Shown here: one piece after another, positions 1 through 9,405 of the stretch
Position numbering within the stretch: position 1 is the stretch's first letter
How the letters are laid out: every line of letters starts with the position of its first letter
Origin: Candidatus Hydrogenedentota bacterium
GTDB taxonomy: Bacteria > Hydrogenedentota > Hydrogenedentia > Hydrogenedentales > SLHB01
Assembly (NCBI GenBank): GCA_963668025.2
Contig: CAXXTH010000018.1
Location: 320,001-384,000 of the forward strand
Reading direction: 5' to 3'
Length of the DNA: 64,000 nucleotides
Notes under the pieces: model-generated
Database searches by the model: none
Seen by the model: the letters and a program-made list of their open reading frames with translations, nothing else
What the model was told of the DNA's origin: nothing
Position numbers and translations under genes: made by a program

Positions 1-84
1 ATAAGCCGCCAGGCCAAGCACCACGATAAATAGCACTACCCAAAACGCGCCCTTCGGTCCTCCACTTGGCCGTTCTTGTGACAT
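1..84 (-). CDS. 5' part of a membrane-anchored/exported protein (runs off window), probably next gene of the PspA operon
   Basis: Manual translation MSQERPSGGPKGAFWVVLFIVVLGLAAY; ATG at 84 lies 2 nt after the endonuclease stop; AAGGGAG upstream. Confidence 0.65.
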   Translation of the reverse strand, partial: MSQERPSGGPKGAFWVVLFIVVLGLAAY

Positions 85-86
85 GA

Positions 87-914
87 TCATGCACTCCCTT
101 TTTGTTGAGTTAGATTTTGAAAGAGACGGCTTCGATAACTAGAAAGGTCATCATCGGTCATTTGCTCCGGTGCAACAAGCCGGTAATGCTTTTCAGTATT
201 GATTGCCACGCCATTTTCGTTTTCTTCAAATGCAAAAAGAGCGATAAGGTTATCTCCCATGAATTGAGCCGCTATTGGGCAGCATATCAACTGTGGGAAT
301 TTCGTGGCGCACAACGCAAGATCCTGTTCAATCTGGACTACGCCAATTTGATCATTGCCGCCTTTCGCTTGAACCGGAAATATGTATTGTGCGCCCCTTT
401 GATCGACACCTACGTAGATTTCATCTGTTTCAACTTGCCCCATGTTTGGAACGGTTGTCCGAAGATGATTCTGAAGTGAATAACACGTGATTCCAGAAAA
501 GATGTCAATAAGCCTGTTATACCGTAGTTTTGCCAAAAGTCCTTGTTCGTCATTCATCGCATATTTCGCAATGATACCAGGAGTTGCATCAGGGATTTTC
601 GTTTCAGCCAGCAGTGTGTTTGGGAGTATTCTCGGCATCGTCGTCAAAGAGAAGCAGTATTTTGCTTGTCCCATGGGACGGATTACCCACTCGAAACCTT
701 CCGGAGCTAAACGGCGTATGGGTTCTGGTAAAACGGAACGATAACGAAAGCTATATATTATGTCGCCCAAGTTTTTGGGCAGCTCAATTTCTAGCTCTTG
801 CGCCATTTCAACCAGGTCTTCCCGTTTGAAAGAAATGGTCTTGGCATTTTTTACATACTTCTTCTTGAAGAGGTTTTCGATGAGCTTTGAATAGCGATTG
901 CTCTCTTTGGTCAC
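87..914 (-). CDS. Putative type II restriction endonuclease (PD-(D/E)xK-like)
   Basis: ETDEIYVG...PVQAKGG motif; GTG at 914 overlaps the methyltransferase stop (GTGA); lower GC than pspA. Confidence 0.7.
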   Translation of the reverse strand: MTKESNRYSKLIENLFKKKYVKNAKTISFKREDLVEMAQELEIELPKNLGDIIYSFRYRSVLPEPIRRLAPEGFEWVIRPMGQAKYCFSLTTMPRILPNTLLAETKIPDATPGIIAKYAMNDEQGLLAKLRYNRLIDIFSGITCYSLQNHLRTTVPNMGQVETDEIYVGVDQRGAQYIFPVQAKGGNDQIGVVQIEQDLALCATKFPQLICCPIAAQFMGDNLIALFAFEENENGVAINTEKHYRLVAPEQMTDDDLSSYRSRLFQNLTQQKGSA

Positions 915-2224
915 TGCGAAACCCCCTTTGGCGCACCGGGCCACTGCAAAACGACAACTTCCTCCCGCATCTGTTTTTGAGTCGCCGTGGCAAGCCGAGT
1001 TCTAAAAAGATCGATACTCACGACACGATAACCTAAAACAGTGGCGATATCCGCGATTAGCTGCCCGGTCTGAATCATTACTTGCAAATAGGAGGCTTGA
1101 TCGCCTACGACGTAACCTAGATAAGCGCCTGGTTTTAAACAGGCGCGTAGTTGCGCCAAATGGCGGGCTATGCCTCCAAAATATAGTTTTGTTACTTTAG
1201 CATAAAGCCGCTCAAAACCAGAGGTTTTGCCCATTGCGATCCGGCGGTTCTCTATCTCGGCCGCAATCTCCTGTATTTCTTTGTTTTCAGCAATCCATAT
1301 ATCATCATCATCGCCTTTATAAACATTCCGGGTATTGGAGCGCAGTAATCCTTTTTTCATCGCTCGCAATTCCTCTTTATTGCGAATAAAGCCCAGAACA
1401 ACAGACTCCAGTCGAGTGGTTCGTGTATAATCTTTTTCGTTTGGATATGGCGGTGAAGTAAATACCGCATCAATGCTGCAAGGCTCCAGTATAGTAGCCA
1501 ATTGCCGCGCATCCGCACGATGTACAATGGCGGTTGCCGTGGAGTGTGGCGCTTTTCGCAGATCAGCGGCAATAGACTTCACTTCCGCCAGCCAAGCTTC
1601 AATTACAGGCGCGTTTTGCTTCTTTGTCCGTAGAACGCCAACCTCAGGGCCAAAATGTAGATTGCTTGAGGAAAACACGAGCGCTTTCGCCAAAGCCAGC
1701 TTTTCATGGCGCTCGAAGCGTGAACCTTGATCGGCATCGAGTTGTTCGAGCAGCGCAAGCGCTTTATGTAAGGGCAAAGGGCTAATCGAGTCTTTCAATA
1801 GCAAAGCATGTGCTTCAGGCGGCAAGGTTTTCAGTACAGACTCAGGCGTAAGTGCGGAAATACCATCGGCCTTTTTCGCAATCATGACTGCATGCTCAAC
1901 CAAACCATCAGGATCGACACCCCAATCAACTTTAGTGGAACTCGCATAATAAGCCATTGCATTTGCTTCGATCCCGATACTTGATATGCCATTGAGCTTT
2001 GCTTCAACGAGAGTTGTTCCTGTACCACAAAAAGGATCAAGGATGATATTTCCAGGCTTCAAAGCAAAAGACTTTATGTATTCTTGAACCAAGTGTGGAG
2101 GAAACGATAATACAAACCGATACCATTCGTGAAAATACCGATCACTATTATCGATTTTATTGATGCAGCTATTTTTTCTAGAAGCTGTTATCTCGATGTT
2201 TTCTGGAAACAGACTCAGTTGCAT
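911..2224 (-). CDS. DNA N4-cytosine methyltransferase (alpha-type motif order)
   Basis: Motif I LDPFCGTGTT precedes motif IV TSPPY; likely start MQLSLF at 2224. Confidence 0.9.
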   Translation of the reverse strand: MQLSLFPENIEITASRKNSCINKIDNSDRYFHEWYRFVLSFPPHLVQEYIKSFALKPGNIILDPFCGTGTTLVEAKLNGISSIGIEANAMAYYASSTKVDWGVDPDGLVEHAVMIAKKADGISALTPESVLKTLPPEAHALLLKDSISPLPLHKALALLEQLDADQGSRFERHEKLALAKALVFSSSNLHFGPEVGVLRTKKQNAPVIEAWLAEVKSIAADLRKAPHSTATAIVHRADARQLATILEPCSIDAVFTSPPYPNEKDYTRTTRLESVVLGFIRNKEELRAMKKGLLRSNTRNVYKGDDDDIWIAENKEIQEIAAEIENRRIAMGKTSGFERLYAKVTKLYFGGIARHLAQLRACLKPGAYLGYVVGDQASYLQVMIQTGQLIADIATVLGYRVVSIDLFRTRLATATQKQMREEVVVLQWPGAPKGVSQ

Positions 2225-2314
2225 GGATTGTGAAGCTCCATACACAAGACCTTGCCTTTTCTGTTCTGGGCATGTGAAGTAAAGCCGTGTGTTTTAAGTA
2301 CCTCGGTTTGTCAA

Positions 2315-3100
2315 TTAAGAGCCAATCTCTTTCTCGAATTCCTTCAAGGCCGATTCCTTGGCTTCGGGCGGAGCTTCCGCCTCGCCCAGCGTTTTCTCTT
2401 GCGGCTGGACACCCGCGGTTTCGGGTGTTTTGATCCCCATATCCACCTCGAACTGCTGCAGCAAATCCTCGGCCTGCGACGCTTCCATGCGCTGCTCGGC
2501 CTCGATCTCGGCGATGCCTTGGCTCGACAGGTCCGAAGCCACCCGCACCTTCGCCCGATTCACGTCGATCTTATTCTGAATCATATTCTCGAGTTCGCCA
2601 AAATCCGTCGTTACGTCAAAATTAAAGGACTGCGCCAGCTTCGCCATTTCCGCCTCGGCGGAACTCATCTTCAGCTCTGCGTCGTACTTATGAATCTTCA
2701 TCTGTACGTCGTTGAGTTTCCGGCTGGCGCTTTGGATCTTGGTGAGGTTGTTCTGGTAGCTCTTCTCGTGCAGGTCGAGCTGGGCGCGGTTCTCCTCGAG
2801 TTCCGCCTGCACGCGCTTGAGTTCGAGGGCGAACTTACCTGCGGTCGTCCGGTCGTTCACTTTCAGATAGCTTTTAATTTTCGCGGATATCTCGATCGAG
2901 TTCTTCTCGTTCGCCTTGACCTGCCGCGTCACCCGCTCGACCAGCGCACGGTATTGTTCGAGCCCGATGCGCCCCTCCTTGAGCTGTTCGACGGCATTGT
3001 CATACTCCAATTGCATCAGCGCGATGGGGTCGGCTTGCCAGAAAACGTTGGCCAGCTTGTTGACCTGCGCCATAATCACCCGAAAAAACTTGCTGAACAT
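2315..3100 (-). CDS. PspA/IM30 family coiled-coil protein
   Basis: MFSKFF...ADPIALMQLEYDNAVEQLKE start and all-helical heptad pattern; SD AGGGAG before ATG 3100. Confidence 0.8.
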   Translation of the reverse strand: MFSKFFRVIMAQVNKLANVFWQADPIALMQLEYDNAVEQLKEGRIGLEQYRALVERVTRQVKANEKNSIEISAKIKSYLKVNDRTTAGKFALELKRVQAELEENRAQLDLHEKSYQNNLTKIQSASRKLNDVQMKIHKYDAELKMSSAEAEMAKLAQSFNFDVTTDFGELENMIQNKIDVNRAKVRVASDLSSQGIAEIEAEQRMEASQAEDLLQQFEVDMGIKTPETAGVQPQEKTLGEAEAPPEAKESALKEFEKEIGS

Positions 3101-3269
3101 GGGCGTACTCCCTCTGGGAATGCCGGCGCTGGACCTGAACCCGAGCGCATCGCTGCGCCACCAGCACCGTTTTTCCCGCTCTAGTGCATCCAATCGCGGC
3201 CACTAGGGAGATCCTACTTGTCTAGACGCTTTTGTTCAAGGTGGAAGCATCCAGAATCCAAGCATCCTG

Positions 3270-3393
3270 GATTCACCAGCGAACACTTGAACGACATCCT
3301 GCGCAAGCTCAATAATAGGCCCAGGAAGAAACTCGGCTACAGCACCCCCGTCGAGGCCCTGCAAGAGAAGGGCACTGCATCCTTGAATCCGCA
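3270..3393 (+). pseudogene. IS30-family transposase C-terminal remnant with probable right end
   Basis: LNDILRKLNNRPRKKLGYSTPVEAL matches the IS30 LNxRPRKxLGYxTPxE tail; followed by TTGAATCCGC resembling an IS30 right end. Confidence 0.7.
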
Positions 3394-3420
3394 TTTGTAT
3401 CACAGAAAGGATCCTATCCA

Positions 3421-5409
3421 ATGATAAGACTGATTCCCTTTTCTCTCGTTTGGATCCTTGCTGCCGCGTGTGCATCCTTCGCACAGGCCAGCGGCAACAT
3501 ACCTGATGCCGCCGAAGTGCAGGCCGAGTTCACGATGCCCATTTACCGCAATCCTTCGCAGGCTGAGCTTACGGTGGTCATACCCAAGGCGATGGCCGGC
3601 CTGCGCACCGCTTCGGTCTCCGTTGCCTCTCCCGAAGAAAAGGAGGTATGGAACGGGAGCTTCCAGCTCTCTCCAGGCTGCAACGCCTGTATTCTGAAGA
3701 ACATCGGTTCCCTTACTCCGGGACGCTATATGGCCACCGTTACGGTAGGGGAGACCGTGATGAAGCGCATGCTCCGCATCGAGCGCATCCCCGCCATACC
3801 GCAGCCCGACGGTCCCATCCGCTTCCGCACAATCTTCTTCACGCCCGACGAATGGCTCTTCGAGTCGTCCCGCAACCTCGAGATTCGCTATTCCAAGCCC
3901 ACGCTCACGGCGATCTACCGTTCCTCCAGTCCCGACGTGGTGCGCGTCGACGGCTACTCCTTCCACCGTACTGCCGACGGTGCCTACGTGATACAGGGAG
4001 TTGAGCATCCCTACCGCCGCGGCTATCTCTATTCCAATGAACCCCGTCGCTTCACGATACAGAGCCCGTCCCCCGAGGGCCCCTATGCGCCTATCGACAC
4101 AGCGCCCGAGACCGAACCTTGTAAGGATGTCTTCAAGAGTTACCATATCCTCGGCTCGGCGCCCGGAGGCTGTCAATACGAGATGTACGACCCCGCCCGT
4201 CACGGCGCCTACACCCTGCGCGACATCGGCATCATCCAGAATAATGATCCCTACGACTTCGGCTGCGTGAAGGCTGGCTCCCGCACCTACTGGGTCGTTG
4301 CCCAGACCTCGTCGGGCAAGACCGTCTTCCTCCGCGATACGCCTCTTTTCCGCGACGTCCCCCTCTACACCGGCGACAGCTTCGACGACGGTTTCGCCAC
4401 CAACGACAATTTCGGCAACTCGTGGCTCTCCGATGATGGCAAAACGCTCTTCCTAGCCCGCGGCCAGACCGTCCGCCGTTTCGCTCCCTACGACGTGCCC
4501 TATGACCTGCTGCCCAACTGCAGCCGCATACTCACCATCTACAGCACGGTTGATGGCGTCGACTGGCGCTATCTCCATTCCATCTCCTCGTGCGGTCCTC
4601 TGGACAATCCATTCTCGCAGCAGTACGGCGCCGACATCCGGTTCATGCCCGACGCCGGGCTCCATCTCGCCTTCGTCAACGCCTACGACAGCGAGAGCCA
4701 GCAGGTCTATCTCGACCTCAAATACAGCCGCGACGGTATCAATTTCTACGACTTCACCGACCCCCATCCGTTTGTCAAGACCGACAATCCCTCTGAATGG
4801 TACTTCGGCGAGTTGTACACCGAACAGGAGATCGTCCAGGCCGGCGATCAGTATTACCAGCTAGCCAAAGGTGCTCCGCTGCCGCACTATTTCGCCGAGC
4901 CCCTGTTCCGCCACAACGCGCAGAGCGAGATTACGGCCGACGACTTCAAGTCCATCTTCGCCAAGCGCCGCTTCGCCGAAAGCCTTCCGTACTTCAAGTC
5001 GATGGGCGGCTGGGAAGGCTTGGCCGAGCACGCCCGAAAGGGCCACACCGCCGTGGGTGTGATGTCCTACCGTGCCGACGGCTGGTTCGGCGTCCGCGCC
5101 GGCAGCCGCAAGGGGGTCTTCGTCACCCGTCCCATCCAGGGAGGCGGCGCGCTCTCAGTCAACGCCTGTGTCGCCAAAAACGGCCGGCTCCGTATCGAGT
5201 TACTGGACGCGAAGGGCCGTGTACTCGACACCGCCGCCGTCCAGGGCGACAACATCAAGGCCCCCGTCTTTGCGATGCCCGAAGGCGATTTCCGCCTCCG
5301 CGTCACGATGCGCCGCGCCGACCTCTACACGATGTACATTGATCCGTCCGCCCCCGCCGAACGCAAAAGCAACTCTGAAGATTTGAAAGGTGAAGCCATT
5401 CGCAAGTGA
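3421..5409 (+). CDS. Secreted glycoside-hydrolase-like (beta-propeller) protein
   Basis: Signal peptide; Asp-box-like STVDGVDW and SRDGINF; C-terminal RADGWF...LSVNA...LRIELLD module. Confidence 0.6.
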   Translation: MIRLIPFSLVWILAAACASFAQASGNIPDAAEVQAEFTMPIYRNPSQAELTVVIPKAMAGLRTASVSVASPEEKEVWNGSFQLSPGCNACILKNIGSLTPGRYMATVTVGETVMKRMLRIERIPAIPQPDGPIRFRTIFFTPDEWLFESSRNLEIRYSKPTLTAIYRSSSPDVVRVDGYSFHRTADGAYVIQGVEHPYRRGYLYSNEPRRFTIQSPSPEGPYAPIDTAPETEPCKDVFKSYHILGSAPGGCQYEMYDPARHGAYTLRDIGIIQNNDPYDFGCVKAGSRTYWVVAQTSSGKTVFLRDTPLFRDVPLYTGDSFDDGFATNDNFGNSWLSDDGKTLFLARGQTVRRFAPYDVPYDLLPNCSRILTIYSTVDGVDWRYLHSISSCGPLDNPFSQQYGADIRFMPDAGLHLAFVNAYDSESQQVYLDLKYSRDGINFYDFTDPHPFVKTDNPSEWYFGELYTEQEIVQAGDQYYQLAKGAPLPHYFAEPLFRHNAQSEITADDFKSIFAKRRFAESLPYFKSMGGWEGLAEHARKGHTAVGVMSYRADGWFGVRAGSRKGVFVTRPIQGGGALSVNACVAKNGRLRIELLDAKGRVLDTAAVQGDNIKAPVFAMPEGDFRLRVTMRRADLYTMYIDPSAPAERKSNSEDLKGEAIRK

Positions 5410-5469
5410 GGCTGTCCAAATAAGTTTCGTGGTATCGATTTTTGGAAATATCCGTCAAACGAGGCTTCT

Positions 5470-5556
5470 TAAACACAAGGACGCAAAGGGCGCGGAGTTT
5501 CGCGGAACGGACACGCCCTCCGCGAAACTCCGCGTCCTCCACGCTATCTCTGCGAT
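5470..5556. repeat. Intergenic palindromic repeat between convergent genes (GCGCGGAG/ACGCAAAG family)
   Basis: CGCGGAGTTTCGCGGA...TCCGCGAAACTCCGCG stem. Confidence 0.65.
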
Positions 5557-5560
5557 AAAT

Positions 5561-6775
5561 TCATTCCGACGGCTGCTGGGCCGTCGCTTCCGCGCGGGCG
5601 GATTCGGGCGTCAATTCGGCGAGTTCCGCAAGAATGCGCTGGGTCTTCTCCGTCATTGGCCACGTGCCGCTTTCCACATACTGAACGCCATGGCGCAGAA
5701 AAATGACGAAAGCGCCCCGACGCCGGCCAAAGTCCTTGTCAGCCCGATGGCCCAGGTCGCGCTCAATAAGGAGAGGAATGTCAGACCCTACCACGCCTGG
5801 GCGATGAGTATAGTCTGAATCGTATTCATCCCGTCCCTCGTACGACGATACCGAGTAAGGATCAGATGATTCGTGCAACACCTGATCTACATGGTCGGAC
5901 AACCGGTGCAAGACGTGAGTTCCCTTCTCATCTTCCACCACCAGATCCTCGTCGAAGGATCCGCCTTCAGCGATCTGCTTGCGATAAGCCTTCGCAAATG
6001 CTTCGACCGCGTCGTCATTGAGCAAGGCGTATCCGAGGTAGAAGTAGCTCTGGTCATCGTAATTACTACTCGGATCATCAGAGATATTGGTTCGATGTTT
6101 TGCGTAGCGTATGGTCGGACACGTAAATGTGGATGGGCCAAGCGTATCGTTGGGAGGAACCACATCCGGCGAGAACATGAGCACGCCAGGTTTTGTAGAG
6201 AGAGGTGGATATATTCCTTGATGGCTCTCCGCGTATTCCTTTAATGAGGTTTCAATCTGTTTCAAATTGCTTCGGCATGCCATCCTCTCGTTCGCCGGAC
6301 GGATATTGTGGAAATATACGAATGATGCACCTGCAAGGATCAGGCTAACGGTGATTGAACCAATGACAACTCCGAATAGAGGACGCCAAAAAACGCGTAT
6401 AGCCTTGGGGACTCGCCTGCTCCTATTAAAGGAAATACATCCTGTAATGATGGCTGCAAACGCCATGATCATCGGGATGCATGCCGCGAGCAAGAGCCCC
6501 GCAATATAAGTATCTTTGTAACCTAGAAAAGACAAAACTGATAGAGATAGATAAAAGAGCATATCAAACAGTGGAATTATTAGTAAACGACACCATGATA
6601 GAATGCTCGAAAGAATGGCCAGCCACAGACTCATGTTGGCCAGTTTCCGGGCGTTCTTGGCGCGCGATGCTTGCGCAAGCGCCTCCGGGTCCGGTCTCAG
6701 CTCTATTCCGCATTTAGGGCAGACACGTTCCTGCTCATCCACCGTGGCTCCACATTCCTGATTCGGGCACTGCAT
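5561..6775 (-). CDS. Zinc-ribbon + DUF4190-like membrane protein with pilin/DUF1559-like domain
   Basis: MQCPNQEC..CPKCG, several TM helices, CRSNLKQI..L.EYA..H.G.YP; SD GGAGAG before ATG 6775. Confidence 0.7.
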   Translation of the reverse strand: MQCPNQECGATVDEQERVCPKCGIELRPDPEALAQASRAKNARKLANMSLWLAILSSILSWCRLLIIPLFDMLFYLSLSVLSFLGYKDTYIAGLLLAACIPMIMAFAAIITGCISFNRSRRVPKAIRVFWRPLFGVVIGSITVSLILAGASFVYFHNIRPANERMACRSNLKQIETSLKEYAESHQGIYPPLSTKPGVLMFSPDVVPPNDTLGPSTFTCPTIRYAKHRTNISDDPSSNYDDQSYFYLGYALLNDDAVEAFAKAYRKQIAEGGSFDEDLVVEDEKGTHVLHRLSDHVDQVLHESSDPYSVSSYEGRDEYDSDYTHRPGVVGSDIPLLIERDLGHRADKDFGRRRGAFVIFLRHGVQYVESGTWPMTEKTQRILAELAELTPESARAEATAQQPSE

Positions 6776-6991
6776 CGGATACTCTCCCGTTGACTGCTGG
6801 TTCGCCGTTTTCAATCTCCCGAAATCTTGTTCATCCTGTAAATCATATCTAAAACTCAACCGGTTCGACGCAGCTTCACGTCTCTCATCTTCCCTGCACG
6901 ATGACAATGAACACGAGAAAAATATATACCCGTGTCTATTATTTGTCAAACGAAAACGCGGACAGTCTTCCATAGTATGGACACGAATGAC

Positions 6992-7140
6992 CGGCGAGGA
7001 CGCCGCTCCCACACACCGGGTCCATTCCGCACTTGAAGCGTCATGGACACGTGTAGGGCCTGACCCGAATATAGAATGCGGCGCATGAGCTCTCCACCCC
7101 ATCACAAGGCGGGGCGGAGTTCCCAGCGCCGCATGCTCTC
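6992..7140. repeat. Cluster of degenerate REP-like palindromes
   Basis: TGTGGGAGCGGCGTCCTCGCC on minus strand and GTAGGG-started hairpin remnants in an intergenic gap. Confidence 0.35.
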
Positions 7141-7152
7141 TCTTGAACTGTT

Positions 7153-8478
7153 CTAGAACTCGTAGCCCACTTCCTTGTGCTGCGTCACATCGAGTCCCGT
7201 GATTTCTTCTTCTTCCGCTACGCGCAAACCGATAGTAGCGTTAATACCTTTCAGAATGACATAGGATAAAATGGCGCAATAGGCCGCCGTGCCGCACGCC
7301 GCAAGGATCTGCACGCCGAGCTGGCGGATGATGCCCAGGCCTTCGCCGCTGCCGCCCAGCATGGGCGACATGAAGACGCCGACAAGGATGGTTCCGATGA
7401 ATCCGCCGACCCCATGCACGCCGACCACATCAAGGGCGTCGTCATATCCCATAGCCCGCTTGAACGTAGTGGAAGCCCATTTGCAAACGAGGCCGGAAAC
7501 CAGGCCAATTACCACCGCGCCCAGAGGCCCCACACTTCCCGATGCGGGCGTGATGGCCGCCAATCCCGCGATAGCGCCCGTGGCGAAGCCCAGCGCGCTG
7601 GGCTTCTTGTTCTCGATCCATTCGGAAACCATCCAGGCCAAGGCTGCCACGGAGGGCGAGATCTGAGTAACGAGCACCGCCATGCACGCCTGGCCGTTGG
7701 CCGCCAATGCGCTGCCCCCATTGAATCCGAACCACCCCACCCACAGCATGCCCGTGCCCGCGAGGGTGATAGTCAGGTTATGCGGGATCATGGGCGTGGT
7801 GGGGTATCCTTTGCGCTTGCCCACCAAAATGGCGGCGATTAATGCGCCCACGCCCGCCGTGATATGCACCACGATGCCGCCCGCAAAATCCAGCACGCCC
7901 AAATCCGCCAGCAAAGCGCCTTTGCCGCCCCACACCATATGGCACACCGGCAAGTAGACGAAGGTGAACCATAATCCCGAGAACCAGAGCACGGCGGAAA
8001 ACTTCATCCGCTCCGCGAACGCGCCAATAATGAGGCCCGGCGTGATGAGTGCGAACGTCAATTGGAACACGAAGAAAATAGGCTCCGGAATGGTTCCCCA
8101 AAGAGAATCGCCATGGACGCCCCACAAGAACACTTTGGACAGGCCCCCCACGAAGGAATGAAGCCCGAGCCGCCCCTGCGCCATGCCCGTAGCGTCAAAC
8201 GCGATTGAATATCCATAGATAAGCCATAATACCGTGATTAATGCAGTGATGGCAAAACATTGCACCAGCACGGATAGCACGTTCTTTGTCCGCACAAGCC
8301 CCCCATAAAACAATGCCAGCCCTGGAATCATCATGAACAAGACCAGCGCGGACGCCACCAGTATCCAGGCCGTGTCGCCCGCATTCAAGCCGTCCTCCGC
8401 GAATGCGATTCCTGGCGGCGACAGAAATAATAAGCATGCTGTCAAAATATACCCGATGCGTACTCGATGTATAGGCAT
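7153..8478 (-). CDS. amtB: Ammonium transporter Amt family
   Basis: GDTAW, PGLALFYGG, FAERMKF, DFAGGIVVH, WFGFNGGS, DDALDVVGVHG. Confidence 0.97.
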   Translation of the reverse strand: MPIHRVRIGYILTACLLFLSPPGIAFAEDGLNAGDTAWILVASALVLFMMIPGLALFYGGLVRTKNVLSVLVQCFAITALITVLWLIYGYSIAFDATGMAQGRLGLHSFVGGLSKVFLWGVHGDSLWGTIPEPIFFVFQLTFALITPGLIIGAFAERMKFSAVLWFSGLWFTFVYLPVCHMVWGGKGALLADLGVLDFAGGIVVHITAGVGALIAAILVGKRKGYPTTPMIPHNLTITLAGTGMLWVGWFGFNGGSALAANGQACMAVLVTQISPSVAALAWMVSEWIENKKPSALGFATGAIAGLAAITPASGSVGPLGAVVIGLVSGLVCKWASTTFKRAMGYDDALDVVGVHGVGGFIGTILVGVFMSPMLGGSGEGLGIIRQLGVQILAACGTAAYCAILSYVILKGINATIGLRVAEEEEITGLDVTQHKEVGYEF

Positions 8479-8661
8479 AGTGCTCTCCTTCCCGGCAGGC
8501 GCATATCGCCTTGCCAGCGCTCAAAAAAACGTATGATTTCGCCTGTAACCTTCCGGACACATTCGTCCGGGCACAGTCCTACTTTTTTGTGGGTTGTTTC
8601 GCCCAGAAACGTACCTTTTTGTGTGTTCTTACTACCTGAAGGCCCTTCAGCGTAGACAACG

Positions 8662-8677
8662 AGCAACTTACGTACCA
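8662..8677 (-). promoter_or_regulatory. sigma54 -24/-12 promoter of amtB
   Basis: TGGTACGTAAGTTGCT (GG-N10-GC) about 185 nt upstream of amtB. Confidence 0.75.
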
Positions 8678-8713
8678 TTTACGCGGGATCTTGAGATACG
8701 GCACCCCTAAAAT

Positions 8714-9172
8714 CAGACTTCCTGATCCCGCCGGAAACGAGGATGGCACTTTCTAGGTTGCGATCCGGTGCGCGATGACACGCCTTCGGTTCGGCAGGCG
8801 GCAGGGCATCGTCTTGCGTCAACTGGCTGGGGGCGAATATAGGGCTGAGACCCCCGGCAGATGCATTCCGTTACGCAGCAATCCATGTTCCATAATGGAC
8901 CAATAAGTGCCGGAAAGTGCCAAGAACGAAATCCAGTCCTGTTCTGTAAGCCTCACGATGCCATAGTGTTATGAGCGTTGTGCCAAAAACGTTCCTGGCA
9001 CCAAATTCCTCGTGGGGCGGTTGAATCAGCAGAAATGCAGAGAGGGGCCTTGGGTTGAACGAGCAGCGGGTGGCACGATTCTACCTAGGCCTATGAGGAA
9101 TTTCTCATTGAAAAAGTGCCAACCCCGTTTCCTGAAAATCGCATCAAAAACCAGCCGGGATCAGGAAGTCTG
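8714..9172. mobile_element. MITE / non-autonomous IS derivative (459 bp)
   Basis: 17-bp perfect TIR CAGACTTCCTGATCCCG; 5-bp direct repeat AAAAT at 8709-8713 and 9173-9177; no ORF. Confidence 0.85.
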
Positions 9173-9405
9173 AAAATACATATTCAAGCTATTTTACAAA
9201 TAGGCACGTATTATGGCTTCGGCGTCTTCACCTATAAGGACGGCATGCGTGAAGATATGGAAGGCTAGGATTCAAGAAGAAAGTATCCCCCAGCAAAACC
9301 AGGGGCTTAATTATGAGAACCACCCAAAGCGGCTGGCGGAAGAGACTCCATCACTGGCCAGGCACCCCAGAAACATTCCCAGAATGGCGCGGCTTGGCTC
9401 CCCAA

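Noticed and set aside
2285-2314. TTGACA promoter for the R-M genes
   Set aside because: No -10 element at 16-18 bp spacing
2252-3184. 310-aa plus-strand ORF
   Set aside because: Antisense of the PspA/IM30 gene
8900-9125. TGGCAC words as sigma54 promoters
   Set aside because: None has GC at the required N10 spacing; they lie within the MITE
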